Counted from the first letter of the stretch, positions 19,348 through 30,635 are shown. The stretch is DNA of 64,000 nucleotides from Bythopirellula sp. (GCA_965216565.1 OZ244170.1:3648001-3712000); one strand, 5' to 3'. Numbers and translations are program-made. The notes: a model not told the origin generated them from the sequence alone.

Positions 19348-20760
19348 TTATCCAGTGGTTGCGGGACGTCTTCGACGCCGTTTTCGCTTCGTAGCACTGG
19401 CATTTCCTTGGCCAGGCCGCTTTTTTCCTTTTCCGCCGCTGGGTCGAGCGGACTTTTCATTCGATTTGCCATAGGGACGCCGAGACGATTTTTTCGCTCC
19501 CCGCCGACCCGATCCGCCACGCCGTGCAGGGGTGACGGCATCCGTGGGTTCGAATCCATCGACTGTCGGTTCCACGTCGATCGAAAGCTTAGTCAGACGC
19601 TCAATTTGCTTGAGAAATCCCCGCTCGTCTCCCGCACAAAAGGAAACAGCAACGCCTTCCGCCCCGGCACGGGCCGTACGGCCAATGCGGTGAACATAGA
19701 CTTCTGGGGTTTCGGGCAAATCAAAATTCACCACGTGCGAAACATCGTTGATATCCAAACCCCGCGCGGCGATATCCGTAGCCACTAGCACCGGGGGACT
19801 CTTGCTCTTAAAGCGGGCCAACGCACGATTGCGGGCGCCCTGGCTCTTATTGCCATGAATTGCTACGGCCGTGTGTCCATCCTTGTTCAATCGCTTTACG
19901 ATTTTGTCCGCGCCATGTTTCGTGCGGCTAAAGACTAACGTCCGACTGCGGGGCGTTTTTTGCAGAAAGTGCGAAAGCAAATCGGGCTTCCGCTTCTTGT
20001 CTACCAAATGCACCGACTGGGCGATCCGTTCGGCTGGAGCCGCGGCTGGAGCCACTTGAATCGAAGCGGGATCCCGCAGCCATTGCTTGGTCAAACGACG
20101 AATTTCATCTGGCATGGTTGCAGAGAACATGAGCGTCTGTCGCTCGTCGGGGACTGTCGCGACAATCCGCTTGAGTGCCGGCAGAAATCCCATGTCGAGC
20201 ATCTGGTCCGCTTCATCGAAGACTAAGATTTCTAGCTTCGACAAATCGATGTAACCTTGACCCATCAAGTCGAGTAGTCGTCCCGGGGTAGCCACCAGCG
20301 CGTCGACGCCGTGCCGCAGTGCCTTCACTTGATGATGCTGCGAGACGCCACCGAACACGACTGTTTGCCTCAGGGGCGTGTTCTTTCCGTAACGCTCAAG
20401 GCTGCTTTCAATTTGGGCGGCCAACTCGCGCGTTGGCGCGAGCACCAGCGCTCGCAAAATCCGCGGCTTGGGCCGAGCACCGTGCTTCTTGTTCTTGTTG
20501 CGTTTACCCGATTCGCCTTGGTGGGAATTTTGCTCTAAATTTTTCTTGGGGCGTGGCGGCAGCGACTCCAGCAGCCGTTGCAGCATGGGGAGCGTGAACG
20601 CCGCCGTTTTGCCAGTGCCGGTTTGGGCACAGCCAATCAAATCGCGACCGGATAGGACAACCGGAATGGCTTCCGTCTGAATCGGCGTCGCGTTTTCGTA
20701 ACCTAGCGCAGTGGTAGCGCGGACAAAGGGCTCAGATAAACCGAGCTGGGAGAACTTCAT
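19348..20760 (-). CDS. DEAD-box ATP-dependent RNA helicase (RhlE-like)
   Basis: Q motif, [41 protein letters not shown]; basic C-terminal tail. Confidence 0.96.
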   Translation of the reverse strand: MKFSQLGLSEPFVRATTALGYENATPIQTEAIPVVLSGRDLIGCAQTGTGKTAAFTLPMLQRLLESLPPRPKKNLEQNSHQGESGKRNKNKKHGARPKPRILRALVLAPTRELAAQIESSLERYGKNTPLRQTVVFGGVSQHHQVKALRHGVDALVATPGRLLDLMGQGYIDLSKLEILVFDEADQMLDMGFLPALKRIVATVPDERQTLMFSATMPDEIRRLTKQWLRDPASIQVAPAAAPAERIAQSVHLVDKKRKPDLLSHFLQKTPRSRTLVFSRTKHGADKIVKRLNKDGHTAVAIHGNKSQGARNRALARFKSKSPPVLVATDIAARGLDINDVSHVVNFDLPETPEVYVHRIGRTARAGAEGVAVSFCAGDERGFLKQIERLTKLSIDVEPTVDGFEPTDAVTPARRGGSGRRGAKKSSRRPYGKSNEKSARPSGGKGKKRPGQGNASATKRKRRRRRPATTG

Positions 20761-21155
20761 TGCTTCGATATTCTTTCTACTGGTGCAGCAGACTGGTTGC
20801 GACGGGGAGTCGAACCTTAGGATTAGCCGTGCTGCGTACCCTTGGCCTATTTATTCCTTAGAGGAAAGGCGGGGTGGTTGCCTATCTATCGGCCAGCGTC
20901 TTCCCTTCACATCGAGGAAGAATCTGACGCCAAAACACCATGCATGCAAAGCACAATGGAAATGACGGTGGCCGCAAGGGGCAAGAGAATCAATCGCGAT
21001 CGAGAGTAGACGAACCTAGTTGCTTTGAGTGGAATTCACTGCGAAGTGAAAGTCGCTCTACCAGATGACCGCTAATATCGAATTTTGAATGAACTTCGCT
21101 GGCGACACCCTTTGGGTGATCTTGCCAAGAAGTCTTACACCTTTAATACGTCCAG

Positions 21156-21164
21156 ATTATACCA
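21156..21164 (-). promoter_or_regulatory. Extended -10 element TGGTATAAT, ~400 nt upstream of the helicase start
   Basis: Perfect TGn-TATAAT on the minus strand. Confidence 0.5.
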
Positions 21165-21181
21165 GACCCCATCATGCCTGA

Positions 21182-22258
21182 CTAGGCGGCCCGGCGGTAG
21201 GTTTCGAGCGATAGTCCGGTGTCGGTGTGGGCCTCAAGCCGCTGTTCCACAGACTTTCTTGCTTGGGTATCGGACTCACTTACCCAAGCCGCAAGGTCTC
21301 TAGCGGTGCCATTAGCGGCCGCAGCGGAACTGCTGGCGGCATGGACCGAGCAGGACAGTTTGGAAACTTTTCGCCTGATTCGGAATGCTGCGACCACACA
21401 CCACAGCCAGCTAGCAGGCAAAAGGAATGCAAAATACTTCGCTACTTCGCTCACCGTGTTGACGGCCTGAACGGCGAACACGGTTGACCCAGCACTGAAT
21501 AGAGCCACCAACGGCATCGTCAACCACACAACACCCAGCGACGGACCCAGCAGTCCCGGATGTAGCAGCAACCAGTCGCCTGCCTCGCTATGATTGCGAT
21601 CGTCCATTGCTTCGCGCAGGGCCCGCAACAGACTCACCAGATAGAGATAGACGCAGCTCAAACCAACAATCGACCAAGCCACGCCCCCCGCCATCGGAAT
21701 CGTAAGGCCGGAACCGGGGATCGAAATTCGAGGTCTCGCCTCATTGGCTACATCGCGCAGTGTCGCTGCAGGACCAAGATCCAATCGTTCTACGTGCCAA
21801 CTCAGGAGCCTTATCTGTCGTTCGATGCTGGCGATCAGCGCAGCCGTCTCACGCGATGAAAGCCCAGGATGATTCGCCGCAGCAGCTTCTTCGGCAATGG
21901 CGAGAGCCGTGCTGCAAGCTTCAATATATTCTTCCGCAGAAGGCTGGTAGTGAATCGTACTTGGCGAGCTGAGGCTACTGTTTCTGCATCGACAGAGTTC
22001 GCTGCACTGATCATTGAATTCTTGAAGCAGTACAGCCTCGTCGGTGTTGAGCGGTGGGCCATCGATGCTCGCCAACGATGCCGGGAGGATTTTTCCGCCA
22101 TGCTGCGCGGCAGCCACAAGATGATTCCAGCTGATTTCCAAGTCGAGACAGTTGCGATGAATATCAACCGGCTCGATCGTCGCGACCCAGAGCAACACCA
22201 ACGCCCAAACGAGCAGCAAGTGCATCACACCACGCACACGTTGGATCAGTTTTTCCAT
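21182..22258 (-). CDS. Hypothetical membrane protein
   Basis: 358-aa ORF with about four hydrophobic helices. Confidence 0.65.
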   Translation of the reverse strand: MEKLIQRVRGVMHLLLVWALVLLWVATIEPVDIHRNCLDLEISWNHLVAAAQHGGKILPASLASIDGPPLNTDEAVLLQEFNDQCSELCRCRNSSLSSPSTIHYQPSAEEYIEACSTALAIAEEAAAANHPGLSSRETAALIASIERQIRLLSWHVERLDLGPAATLRDVANEARPRISIPGSGLTIPMAGGVAWSIVGLSCVYLYLVSLLRALREAMDDRNHSEAGDWLLLHPGLLGPSLGVVWLTMPLVALFSAGSTVFAVQAVNTVSEVAKYFAFLLPASWLWCVVAAFRIRRKVSKLSCSVHAASSSAAAANGTARDLAAWVSESDTQARKSVEQRLEAHTDTGLSLETYRRAA

Positions 22259-22558
22259 CGTCTAAATCGCTGGGTGAAATTACAGGCGTCGAGAAACTTT
22301 CTATTCCCAAATCCCACTCCGAGAAATGGTGGGGAATGATAGCAAGACGCCCCTAACCCAACAAGCCGAGACATACACCAGCCTATGAACTTCGTAACCT
22401 CAGTAAGATGAACGAGTTCGGTTGATGAGTGGTCGATACTTGGCCTCACAGTAGCAGCCCCACAATGAAGAGAAAAGAATTGAGATACGCTCCCCATAAA
22501 ACTAGGATAGTTGGTCTAAGATACGCCAACTCCATTTCCAACTAAAAGCGAGCCGCTC

Positions 22559-23236
22559 ATGCAGTGTAACTCTCTGCGTTCTATTCATTGTCTTAGTCTC
22601 GTTTTGTCTGCCGCAATCTGTATTGCGGGTTCTGCATCCCGTGCCGAGGTGATCAATATTGAAATCGATCCCCGCGATCCTCCCGATCCGGTTTACGTGG
22701 GCGACGATGGAGTACTCAGCACCACGGGTGGAACTGTTTGGAATCACCTGGGACTCGACTTTCTTAACGATGTGTCGAAAGATAATCTGCTCGATGAGTT
22801 TGGTCAGCCAACCGACGTCGACGTGACATTCGACGCCACTGGTAGTTTCGACGCCAACTTTCGTCCGATCGAACTCTACGCGGGTGGTGGCACAGGCATC
22901 TTAGAAATTAAGAGCCTGGATCCCACGCTTACTTACGATCTGGCCGTATACACTACCAACGCGAATCTCTCGATGACGGCCACCGATGCCAATGGCAGTA
23001 CTGTCCAAAGCACCGGTGCCACTTTCGATATCGAATTGCCCGGCGACCAAGGCGAGGAGTATGTGCTGTTCACGGGCTTAGTGCCGTTCGATCTCGGCGG
23101 GAGTATTCTCGGCTTGAGAATCGAAACCGGCGGTGGCGGCCGCATGGCAGGACTGCAGTTGAGGTCAATCCCCGAGCCGGGTGGAGCGACACTACTGATG
23201 GTAGCAATTCTTGCTCTGCAGAGACGGCCGAGCTAG
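22559..23236 (+). CDS. Secreted PEP-CTERM protein
   Basis: Signal peptide; C-terminal IPEP + hydrophobic stretch + RR. Confidence 0.8.
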   Translation: MQCNSLRSIHCLSLVLSAAICIAGSASRAEVINIEIDPRDPPDPVYVGDDGVLSTTGGTVWNHLGLDFLNDVSKDNLLDEFGQPTDVDVTFDATGSFDANFRPIELYAGGGTGILEIKSLDPTLTYDLAVYTTNANLSMTATDANGSTVQSTGATFDIELPGDQGEEYVLFTGLVPFDLGGSILGLRIETGGGGRMAGLQLRSIPEPGGATLLMVAILALQRRPS

Positions 23237-25095
23237 TCCGCAGCACCCGACCGCAGCACTTCCCGCTGTTTTACCAAGCGGCGAATGTTGTCCATGTCGT
23301 CGTTGGGCGTCGCGTCAATCAACCTCCGCGTGTAATCCTGGCGGGGGTCTGCGTAGATGGCCTGCGACGGGCCAAACTCCACGATCTTGCCCGAGTTCAT
23401 CACGGCCATCATGTCGGCCATAAATTTTACGACGCTCAGGTCGTGACTGATAAAGATATAGGTGAGCCCTCGCTTGTCTTGCAAGTCTTTCAGCAAATTC
23501 AGGACCTGGGCCTGCACCGAGACATCAAGCGCCGAAACCGATTCGTCGCAGATGATAAACTCCGGCTCGACGGCAATCGCTCGGGCAATGCAAATACGCT
23601 GGCGCTGTCCACCGGAAAATTCATGCGGATAGCGGCGCAAGTGGCTGGCGCTCATACCGACTTCTTCCAAGAGTGCTGCCGCCCGGTCTCGGCGGTCGCG
23701 CCGGGAGCTGCCTACGCCTTGAATAATCATCGGCTCGGTGACGGCCGACTCGATCGTCATCCGCGGATTGAGCGATCCGTAAGGATCCTGAAAAATGATT
23801 TGCATGCGGCTACGGATTTCACGAAGCTCGCTCGTTCCCAACTCGGCCAAGTCAATTGAATCGAACAAGACGTTCCCGCCCGTCGGTTCGATCAATCGCA
23901 GGATTGCCCGCCCGGCAGTGGTCTTGCCGCAACCCGATTCTCCCACCAGTCCCAATGTTTGCCCCCGATAAACACGGAAGCTAATGCCGTCGACCGCCCT
24001 CACATGATCGACCACACGGGAAAGCATGCCTCGCTTGACGGGAAAATGAACCTCCAGGTCTCTTACTTCCAGTAGCGGTGCTGTGCCTTCCTCGACACAC
24101 TCCGTATCGTCTTCCCGCGGCGTCTGCTCCCAGGGGTGCTCCATCGCGGTAAGTTCCGACTTGGGATGCAACAACCGGCCGCGACCATGCGTGACCAGAT
24201 GATTCATCCTCTCGGCGTCCATCTTTTTCTCGACGATTGTCGGTTTGCCATCGACTTGTTTCACTTCCATAAAGTCGTCGACCGTTGGCAAATGACGGAA
24301 CTTGCTGTCGAGCCGTGGCCGGCAGGCGAGCAATCCTTTGGTGTAAGGATGCTGAGGCGACTCGAAGATGTCTAGCACCTTTCCGTACTCGACCATTTCA
24401 CCGCGATACATAACCATCACTTCGTCGGCAATCTCGGCGATTACTCCCAGATCGTGCGTGATGAACAGAATCGCCATGCCGCGCTCGTCCCGAAGTGTGC
24501 GGAGCATGTCGAGGATTTGCTTTTGAATGGTAACGTCGAGCGCGGTGGTCGGTTCGTCGGCAATCAGCAGCTTCGGATTGCACGACAGCGCCATCGCAAT
24601 CATCACCCGCTGCTTTTGACCACCCGACATTTGATGAGGGTAGGAATCAACTCGCTGTTCTGGATCGGGAATTCCAACCTCGCGAAACAAATCGATCGTC
24701 CGTTCTCGTGCTTCCTCTTTCGATACATGCTGATGGATAATAATCGATTCCATCACCTGACTGCCGACGGTGTACACCGGGTTGAGCGACGTCATCGGCT
24801 CTTGGAAAATCATGCTGACATCTTTACCCCGAATGTCGCGCATCTCGGGTTCGGGCAGGCCAACCAGGTCTTTACCCAACAGCGCGATCCGGCCCGATTC
24901 GATCTTGGCCGAGGAGGTCAATAGTTGCATGACCGAAAGCGAAGTGACCGATTTGCCAGAACCACTCTCACCAACAATGCCCAGCGTGTGTCCTTGATCG
25001 ATACTGAGCGAAATCCCATCGACCGCTTTGACGACCCCATCTTCGGTATGGAAGTAGGTGCGGAGATCGGCGATGTCTAGTACAGCTGTGGTCAT
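23233..25095 (-). CDS. Peptide/nickel-type ABC transporter ATP-binding protein with two ATPase domains
   Basis: GESGSGKS and GESGCGKT Walker A, SGGQKQR/SGGQRQR signatures, HPYTKGL. Confidence 0.95.
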   Translation of the reverse strand: MTTAVLDIADLRTYFHTEDGVVKAVDGISLSIDQGHTLGIVGESGSGKSVTSLSVMQLLTSSAKIESGRIALLGKDLVGLPEPEMRDIRGKDVSMIFQEPMTSLNPVYTVGSQVMESIIIHQHVSKEEARERTIDLFREVGIPDPEQRVDSYPHQMSGGQKQRVMIAMALSCNPKLLIADEPTTALDVTIQKQILDMLRTLRDERGMAILFITHDLGVIAEIADEVMVMYRGEMVEYGKVLDIFESPQHPYTKGLLACRPRLDSKFRHLPTVDDFMEVKQVDGKPTIVEKKMDAERMNHLVTHGRGRLLHPKSELTAMEHPWEQTPREDDTECVEEGTAPLLEVRDLEVHFPVKRGMLSRVVDHVRAVDGISFRVYRGQTLGLVGESGCGKTTAGRAILRLIEPTGGNVLFDSIDLAELGTSELREIRSRMQIIFQDPYGSLNPRMTIESAVTEPMIIQGVGSSRRDRRDRAAALLEEVGMSASHLRRYPHEFSGGQRQRICIARAIAVEPEFIICDESVSALDVSVQAQVLNLLKDLQDKRGLTYIFISHDLSVVKFMADMMAVMNSGKIVEFGPSQAIYADPRQDYTRRLIDATPNDDMDNIRRLVKQREVLRSGAAD

Positions 25096-25113
25096 GATTC
25101 TTGGTTTGTTTTG

Positions 25114-25569
25114 ATAGCCACAAAAAGCACGAAAAGTTAGTGCGGCGTCATGAGGTATTTTTTGACGTAAAGCTTTTCGCTTCCAAAGTTGATCAACAGG
25201 CCTGTTTCTATTCGCGATGATCTCAAATAGCCCAATAGTTGGGCAACATGTTCGTCTGCAGTTGCCCTACAGGCCTTTAGTTCTACAATCAATTGGCCTT
25301 CAATGAATAGATCGGCAAAGTATTCTCCCAATACCGTTCCGTCTTCATCTATTACGTTGAGGGGATGTTGCTGTAGCACTTGCAACCCTTGTTTCCGTAA
25401 TCGATGTACCAAGGCATTCTCATAAACCTTTTCTAAGTGCCCGCAACGGTGGTATTTGTGGATGTCGAAACTTGTTTGTCGAACGATGTCGCATAATTCG
25501 TTGATCGAATCCCACGCTGCCTTCATGTTCAATTGCCTTCTCGTGACTTTTCGTGTTTTTTGTGGCTAT
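25114..25569. mobile_element. Putative GxxExxY cassette bounded by 24-bp inverted repeats
   Basis: ATAGCCACAAAAAGCACGAAAAGT (25114-25137) and ACTTTTCGTGTTTTTTGTGGCTAT (25546-25569), 23/24 match; mobility is inferred. Confidence 0.6.
25137..25532 (-). CDS. GxxExxY protein (PD-(D/E)XK nuclease-like fold)
   Basis: GHLEKVY motif, ADLFIE...IVELKA, AQLLGYL, GLLINFG. Confidence 0.92.
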   Translation of the reverse strand: MNMKAAWDSINELCDIVRQTSFDIHKYHRCGHLEKVYENALVHRLRKQGLQVLQQHPLNVIDEDGTVLGEYFADLFIEGQLIVELKACRATADEHVAQLLGYLRSSRIETGLLINFGSEKLYVKKYLMTPH

Positions 25570-25761
25570 TCTTGGCTTTGCAATCGTAGTGCAGTTCGCC
25601 TTTGAGGGTCAAACGAAGTGGTTTCCCGGATAATCCCTGATAGCACCGGGGACCTCTGTTGCCCGTGATAGCAGTTCCCAGTTAGATTCTAGGCTTCGAG
25701 GCTACCCGCCACTTGGCTGGGCTGGCCTACACCCTAAGACGGATCTCAAGGAACTTACGAT

Positions 25762-28700
25762 ATGAAGGCGTTCTCCGGCACCGCATGGTTGCTTTTCTCT
25801 TTGATTCTCTCGACGCTGCTCTGCCCTGCCCTATTGGCCGCTGACCCCATCGATAAAAAACTACAAGAGGAACGCAAGAGTTCTCCGCAGTGGATTTGGT
25901 CGGCAGCACACAAAAAGAACAAGGTGCCCGAGGGTACTTGCTACTTTCGAAAATCGCTGAAATTAAGAGTCCCCGAAGAAGGTGAAATCCATATCACGGC
26001 CGATAACCAATTTCAACTCTACGTAAACGGCCAACCGGTAGGCACGGGTTCCGATTGGCGGCAGATCGAAGTCTTCGACATCACCAAGTATTTGCAAAAA
26101 GGCAACAATACAATCGCCGTCGAAGCCACCAATTCCGATGCCGGGTCGGCAGGCATGGCAGCGCGGGTGCTGATCAAGGAGTTGGGCGGAACCTTTCAGA
26201 GTTACTCCACCGATACCAGTTGGAAGACCAGCGTGCGCCGCTATCGAAATTGGACCACTCCCGGGTTCCCGGAAAGCGAATGGGTTGCCGCGGCCAGTTT
26301 TGGCTCCTTGGGTGCTGCCTTGCCCTGGGGCAACGAAATGGTGGTGGCCGGTGAGGGATCTCGCTTCGAGATCCCAGTCGATTTCAACGTCGAGCGACTG
26401 CTGCAAGACGAAGAAGTCGGTTCGCTGATTGCCATGGCGTTCGACTCCGCGGGAAACATTCTTGCATCGCGTGAGGGAGGTCACCTTCAGCTGATTTCCG
26501 ACAGTAACAAGGACGGAACGTTCGACTCTGTTCAGGTGTTTTGTGATCAAATCAAGAACACGCAGGGCATTCTCTCACTGGGGTCGCGCGTGTTTGCCGT
26601 GGGACACGGGCCAGAAGGGGTTGCGCTCTACCAGCTTCGTGACGGCGATCGCGATGGCGTGGCCGAAGAGATCACTAGTATTGTTCCTATTCGCGGTTCG
26701 CGCGGCGAGCACGGAGCCCATGCCGTTCGTTTGGGCCCCGATGGATTGCTTTATGTGTTGCTTGGCAACTATGCCCGCGTCGGCCTACAGCCAGGTCCGC
26801 GTAGCCCTTACCGCAATTGGTACGAAGGACATCTGATCGATCCGAAAGAGGAGGATCCCCGCGGACACGCCGTCGGCATTCCCGCACCGGGCGGAACAAT
26901 TTTTCGTACCGACACTAGAGGAAGCTTTGTCGAGTTGGTGGCCGGCGGTTTCCGTAATCCCTATGACTTCGCATTCAATGCCGAAGGGGAATTGTTCACC
27001 TACGATGCCGACATGGAATGGGACATCGGCGCACCGTGGTATCGCCCCACGCGAATCAACCATGCCACCGCCGGAGCCGAATTTGGTTGGCGGAGTGGTT
27101 GGGCTAAGTGGCCTGAGTATTTTCAGGACAATCTCCCAGCAACTTTCAACGTTGGTAAAGGTTCACCCACCGGCATCGAGTTCTACGGCCACACGGCATA
27201 TCCCGAAAGGTATCGAAATTCACTCTTCGGCTGCGATTGGGCGACCGGGAAGATCCATTGCTTTCACCTTCAACCCAAGGGGGCCAGTTATGAGATCGAG
27301 CAAGAAGTATTTGTGGCGGGACGACCACTCAACGCTACCGACATCTCGGTCGGCCCCGATGGTTCGCTGTACTTCTGCACGGGTGGCCGAGGTACCGAAG
27401 GCGGAATTTTCCGCGTGAGCTACCAGGGAGAAGAAAGCACACCATCGCCCGACGATCTCAATCCCGTCGAGCGCGTGTTGAGCCAGCCTCAAATGGACGC
27501 CGATTGGTCGCGATCGATCATGGCGCGCACCCGAGGAGCTGTCGGTGCCGAATGGGGCGTACTATTAGCCGAGGCGGCCCGCGACACGGAGCGCGATGCA
27601 GCGGAGCGACTGCGAGCGATTGAACTAATGGTATTGTTTGGCCCGCGTCCGAGTGACGAGTTGCTCCTTGCCTTGGCCGAGGACGAGGACCTTCAGGTCC
27701 GGGCCCAAGCCACACGGCTGATGTACACCAGCACGTCGCTCCAATGCCGCGACCAGTTGATTCGATCGCTGGAAGACGAGCACGCCCTGGTTCGCCGCCT
27801 GGCTTGCGAAGCTCTTACGCGGAGCGGCCTACCTACCGCAGCCGAAAAGCATGTGCGGATGCTGGCCGACGAAGACCGCCACGTGGCATTTGCCGCGCGA
27901 CGTTCGCTGGAACAATTGCCGGTCGATTTGTGGGAAGATCTGGTGCTCGCCTTAGGTGAAGGCGACAGTAATAAAAACATCATCGGTTTTTGTCGCGGAG
28001 CGAACGCGTTGCTTGCTACGCGGCGAGATCAGAAGACGGGTGAAGTGATCTTGCAAAAATGTAAAGAACATTTAACCGACAAGGAATCGCCCTACACCGA
28101 AGAGCAGCTGACAAGCTTGCTACGCACCACCCAACTGGCCTTTATTCTCGGTAAGCTCGACAAAGGAAACTCCCCCGACTTGGGAGAAATGTTGCTGGCT
28201 CGCTATCCGAGCAAGAATCGTCCGGTCGATCGAGAGCTGGTCAAGCTGCTCGTGTTTTTGGACGTGGAGGGCGCGGCCCAAAAGTTTGCAGCACAAATGG
28301 AATCCGACATTCCTCGCGTCGAAAAAATCCATATCGCCGCGTTCGGCGCAAAATTAGAATCTGGCTGGGACACCGATTCGAAACTCGCTTTGATGCATTT
28401 TTACGAGTCGGCCAGGAATTTGTCTGCTGGATATAGTGTGAGCGCCTACGTAGAGAATTTTGCTCGAGACTTCTTTAGCAAATTATCTCTCGAAGAACGC
28501 GGTCACATTCTATCGGCTGGAGAACGATGGCCGACGTCTGCATTGTCTGTACTTGCTAGATTGCCTGAGGAAGTCGATACCGAGATGCTAACTAAGCTTC
28601 GCGAGCTTGACGCCCGTGTTCGGCCTTTGTGTGAGCAGCATGACAACTTCCGGCGGCTCAGGGTGGGCATTCTGGCTGTGTTGGGTCGCAGCGGAGAGGC

Positions 28701-29604
28701 AGATTCGCTGGCCTACCTACGCGAGATTTTCCGCAATGAGCCCGAGCAGCGCGACACCATCGCGATGAGTCTCACGCAGCATCCCGGTGACGAATCGTGG
28801 CCTTACCTCATCGAATCTTTGAAAACTGTCCGCGGAACTGTCGCTCGCGAAGTTCTTGCAGCCCTGGTAAAAGTTCCTCAACGACCCAGCGAACCGGAAC
28901 CCTACAGGCAGGTGATCTTACTTGGACTTCAGATGAACGCCCAGGATGCCTCGCTGGCGACTAACGTTTTGAATCATTGGTCGGGACAATCAACACAATC
29001 TGGCGAGGTCTCTCACACCGAGCAACTCAAGACTTGGCAGAAGTGGTACGCAACAACGTTCCCCGACGCCCCGCCTGCTGAGCAGCCCCTCGATACGGGC
29101 AAAGACAAATGGAGCTACGAAGAACTGTTAACCTATCTAGATAGCGACGCGGCACGCTTGGCAAGCGCCGAGCGCGGCAAGCAAGCTTTCACCACAGCCC
29201 AGTGCATCAAGTGTCATCGCTGCGGGGCGACCGGAGAATCGATCGGTCCCGACCTCACGACCGTTGCGCAACGTTTTCAAAAGAAAGAGATCCTAGAGTC
29301 GATCGTCTATCCGTCGCACATCATTTCCGATCAGTACGCCAGCAAACAAGTGTTGGCAAGCGGACGAACTTATGTTGGCCTGGCGGTTCCCACAAAGTCT
29401 GGCACCACGGTGTTGCTCCCTGATGGCGAAAAAGTTGAGCTTCTTGAGGAAGACATTGAGAGTATTACCCCCAGCCGAATCTCGGCCATGCCCGAGGGCT
29501 TGCTGAATCACTTGTCCCTTCAGCAGGTTGCCGATCTATTTGCCTTCTTGAGCGAACGCCGAGGGCAAGAATTGGCCACCGAGGCGGCACCCAGCATTCG
29601 TTGA
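25762..29604 (+). CDS. Large secreted c-type heme protein: sugar-binding-like N-terminus, beta-propeller dehydrogenase-like domain, HEAT repeats, C-terminal cytochrome c
   Basis: Signal peptide; GFRNPYD, YDADMEWD, GSPTG propeller motifs; CIKCH, GPDLT, SAMPEGL. Confidence 0.88.
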   Translation: MKAFSGTAWLLFSLILSTLLCPALLAADPIDKKLQEERKSSPQWIWSAAHKKNKVPEGTCYFRKSLKLRVPEEGEIHITADNQFQLYVNGQPVGTGSDWRQIEVFDITKYLQKGNNTIAVEATNSDAGSAGMAARVLIKELGGTFQSYSTDTSWKTSVRRYRNWTTPGFPESEWVAAASFGSLGAALPWGNEMVVAGEGSRFEIPVDFNVERLLQDEEVGSLIAMAFDSAGNILASREGGHLQLISDSNKDGTFDSVQVFCDQIKNTQGILSLGSRVFAVGHGPEGVALYQLRDGDRDGVAEEITSIVPIRGSRGEHGAHAVRLGPDGLLYVLLGNYARVGLQPGPRSPYRNWYEGHLIDPKEEDPRGHAVGIPAPGGTIFRTDTRGSFVELVAGGFRNPYDFAFNAEGELFTYDADMEWDIGAPWYRPTRINHATAGAEFGWRSGWAKWPEYFQDNLPATFNVGKGSPTGIEFYGHTAYPERYRNSLFGCDWATGKIHCFHLQPKGASYEIEQEVFVAGRPLNATDISVGPDGSLYFCTGGRGTEGGIFRVSYQGEESTPSPDDLNPVERVLSQPQMDADWSRSIMARTRGAVGAEWGVLLAEAARDTERDAAERLRAIELMVLFGPRPSDELLLALAEDEDLQVRAQATRLMYTSTSLQCRDQLIRSLEDEHALVRRLACEALTRSGLPTAAEKHVRMLADEDRHVAFAARRSLEQLPVDLWEDLVLALGEGDSNKNIIGFCRGANALLATRRDQKTGEVILQKCKEHLTDKESPYTEEQLTSLLRTTQLAFILGKLDKGNSPDLGEMLLARYPSKNRPVDRELVKLLVFLDVEGAAQKFAAQMESDIPRVEKIHIAAFGAKLESGWDTDSKLALMHFYESARNLSAGYSVSAYVENFARDFFSKLSLEERGHILSAGERWPTSALSVLARLPEEVDTEMLTKLRELDARVRPLCEQHDNFRRLRVGILAVLGRSGEADSLAYLREIFRNEPEQRDTIAMSLTQHPGDESWPYLIESLKTVRGTVAREVLAALVKVPQRPSEPEPYRQVILLGLQMNAQDASLATNVLNHWSGQSTQSGEVSHTEQLKTWQKWYATTFPDAPPAEQPLDTGKDKWSYEELLTYLDSDAARLASAERGKQAFTTAQCIKCHRCGATGESIGPDLTTVAQRFQKKEILESIVYPSHIISDQYASKQVLASGRTYVGLAVPTKSGTTVLLPDGEKVELLEEDIESITPSRISAMPEGLLNHLSLQQVADLFAFLSERRGQELATEAAPSIR

Positions 29605-29614
29605 GCGACGCCGA

Positions 29615-30133
29615 CTATTCGAGGGCAAAACTGTAGTCAGAGAGCAAGAGACTCTCAACCATCGACGACTTCAAGATCTGCTCGATGCGAAAACGAATAA
29701 TGCGGCGTAGTCGCATCAGCCCCGGTTCGCGAAAGTCATTCGTATGCGCCGTCCGCACTGCGACGATCACCTGATCGCGGAGCCGATGCTGCCAGGTTTC
29801 CAGTGTTGCCAAGTCTTCCTCGGTGGCAGTGGGCTCTAGCAGAAAGTGGACCGCAAAGCTGAGCTTAATGGTCTCATTTTTTTCCGGACGCAACTCTTTG
29901 ATTCGGATCGTGCCCAAATCTAAGAGCCGCTTAACGGCTGGGGCAGCATCTTCTTCCGCACTCTCTGCGGGAGGAGCTTCCTCCTGCGACCAGGCACTCA
30001 GAGGCGGAATGGTCAGGTTAAGTAGCATCGCAAGCGTCACCGCGCGGAATAAATGGAGGACGGCCCTCCGATTGGCAACAGCACTGGAAGGCGGGCACAA
30101 ATGATTCGGATTTCCCATATTGAACATTCTCAA
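29615..30133 (-). CDS. FliL-like protein
   Basis: RLRDQVIVAVR...EPGLMRLRRII...VESLLLSDY resembles the FliL C-terminal domain; start uncertain. Confidence 0.65.
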   Translation of the reverse strand: MRMFNMGNPNHLCPPSSAVANRRAVLHLFRAVTLAMLLNLTIPPLSAWSQEEAPPAESAEEDAAPAVKRLLDLGTIRIKELRPEKNETIKLSFAVHFLLEPTATEEDLATLETWQHRLRDQVIVAVRTAHTNDFREPGLMRLRRIIRFRIEQILKSSMVESLLLSDYSFALE

Positions 30134-30140
30134 CCCTTCT

Positions 30141-30635
30141 CTAAATCGGCTCCCAGCCGTAGTTATCGATCACAACCTGGCGGACGCGATCTTTACCCAA
30201 TATCGATTTGGCTGCGTCGGAGATTCTAGTTTTAATCGTCGCCCAACGAGGATCGCTCAGTTCGTCGAGAGTTGCGCTTCGCAGGATGCGTACGATCATG
30301 TCGTCGAACATTCCATGATGCCGCTCGTGAGCAGCTAGCAAAGCGTTCTCGTCTTTAGGGTCCACGACTACATACAATTTGCAGCGCGTTTGTACCCAGG
30401 TCCGAATATTCGAGTTTTTAGAATCTTCGTGTACCAGTGTGGCTGATGAAATCTTGAAGTTGCCAATCAGCACTTCCTCAAACGCTTCCAATGGCGTGCT
30501 GTATTCTAGTTCGTGCAGGTAGTCGCTAAGTTCAGGCATGTCCGTGCCGCCGCAGCCGCCCAACATCGGCGCAGCCACGAGCAAGGCTAGTAGCACGACT
30601 TTCGACCGGCATTGCTTTTGTGAATGGGCTGGCAT
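30141..30635 (-). CDS. FliL-like putative lipoprotein
   Basis: Lipobox-like LGGC; DMIVRILRSATLDELSDP...VRQVVIDNY. Confidence 0.65.
   Translation of the reverse strand: MPAHSQKQCRSKVVLLALLVAAPMLGGCGGTDMPELSDYLHELEYSTPLEAFEEVLIGNFKISSATLVHEDSKNSNIRTWVQTRCKLYVVVDPKDENALLAAHERHHGMFDDMIVRILRSATLDELSDPRWATIKTRISDAAKSILGKDRVRQVVIDNYGWEPI

Noticed and set aside
20794..20820. tRNA-like 3' end on the minus strand (GGTTCGACTCCCCGTCGCAACCA)
   Set aside because: T-stem pairs only 2 bp, spacing to CCA is 2 nt short, and there is no matching acceptor 5' strand or D/anticodon arms
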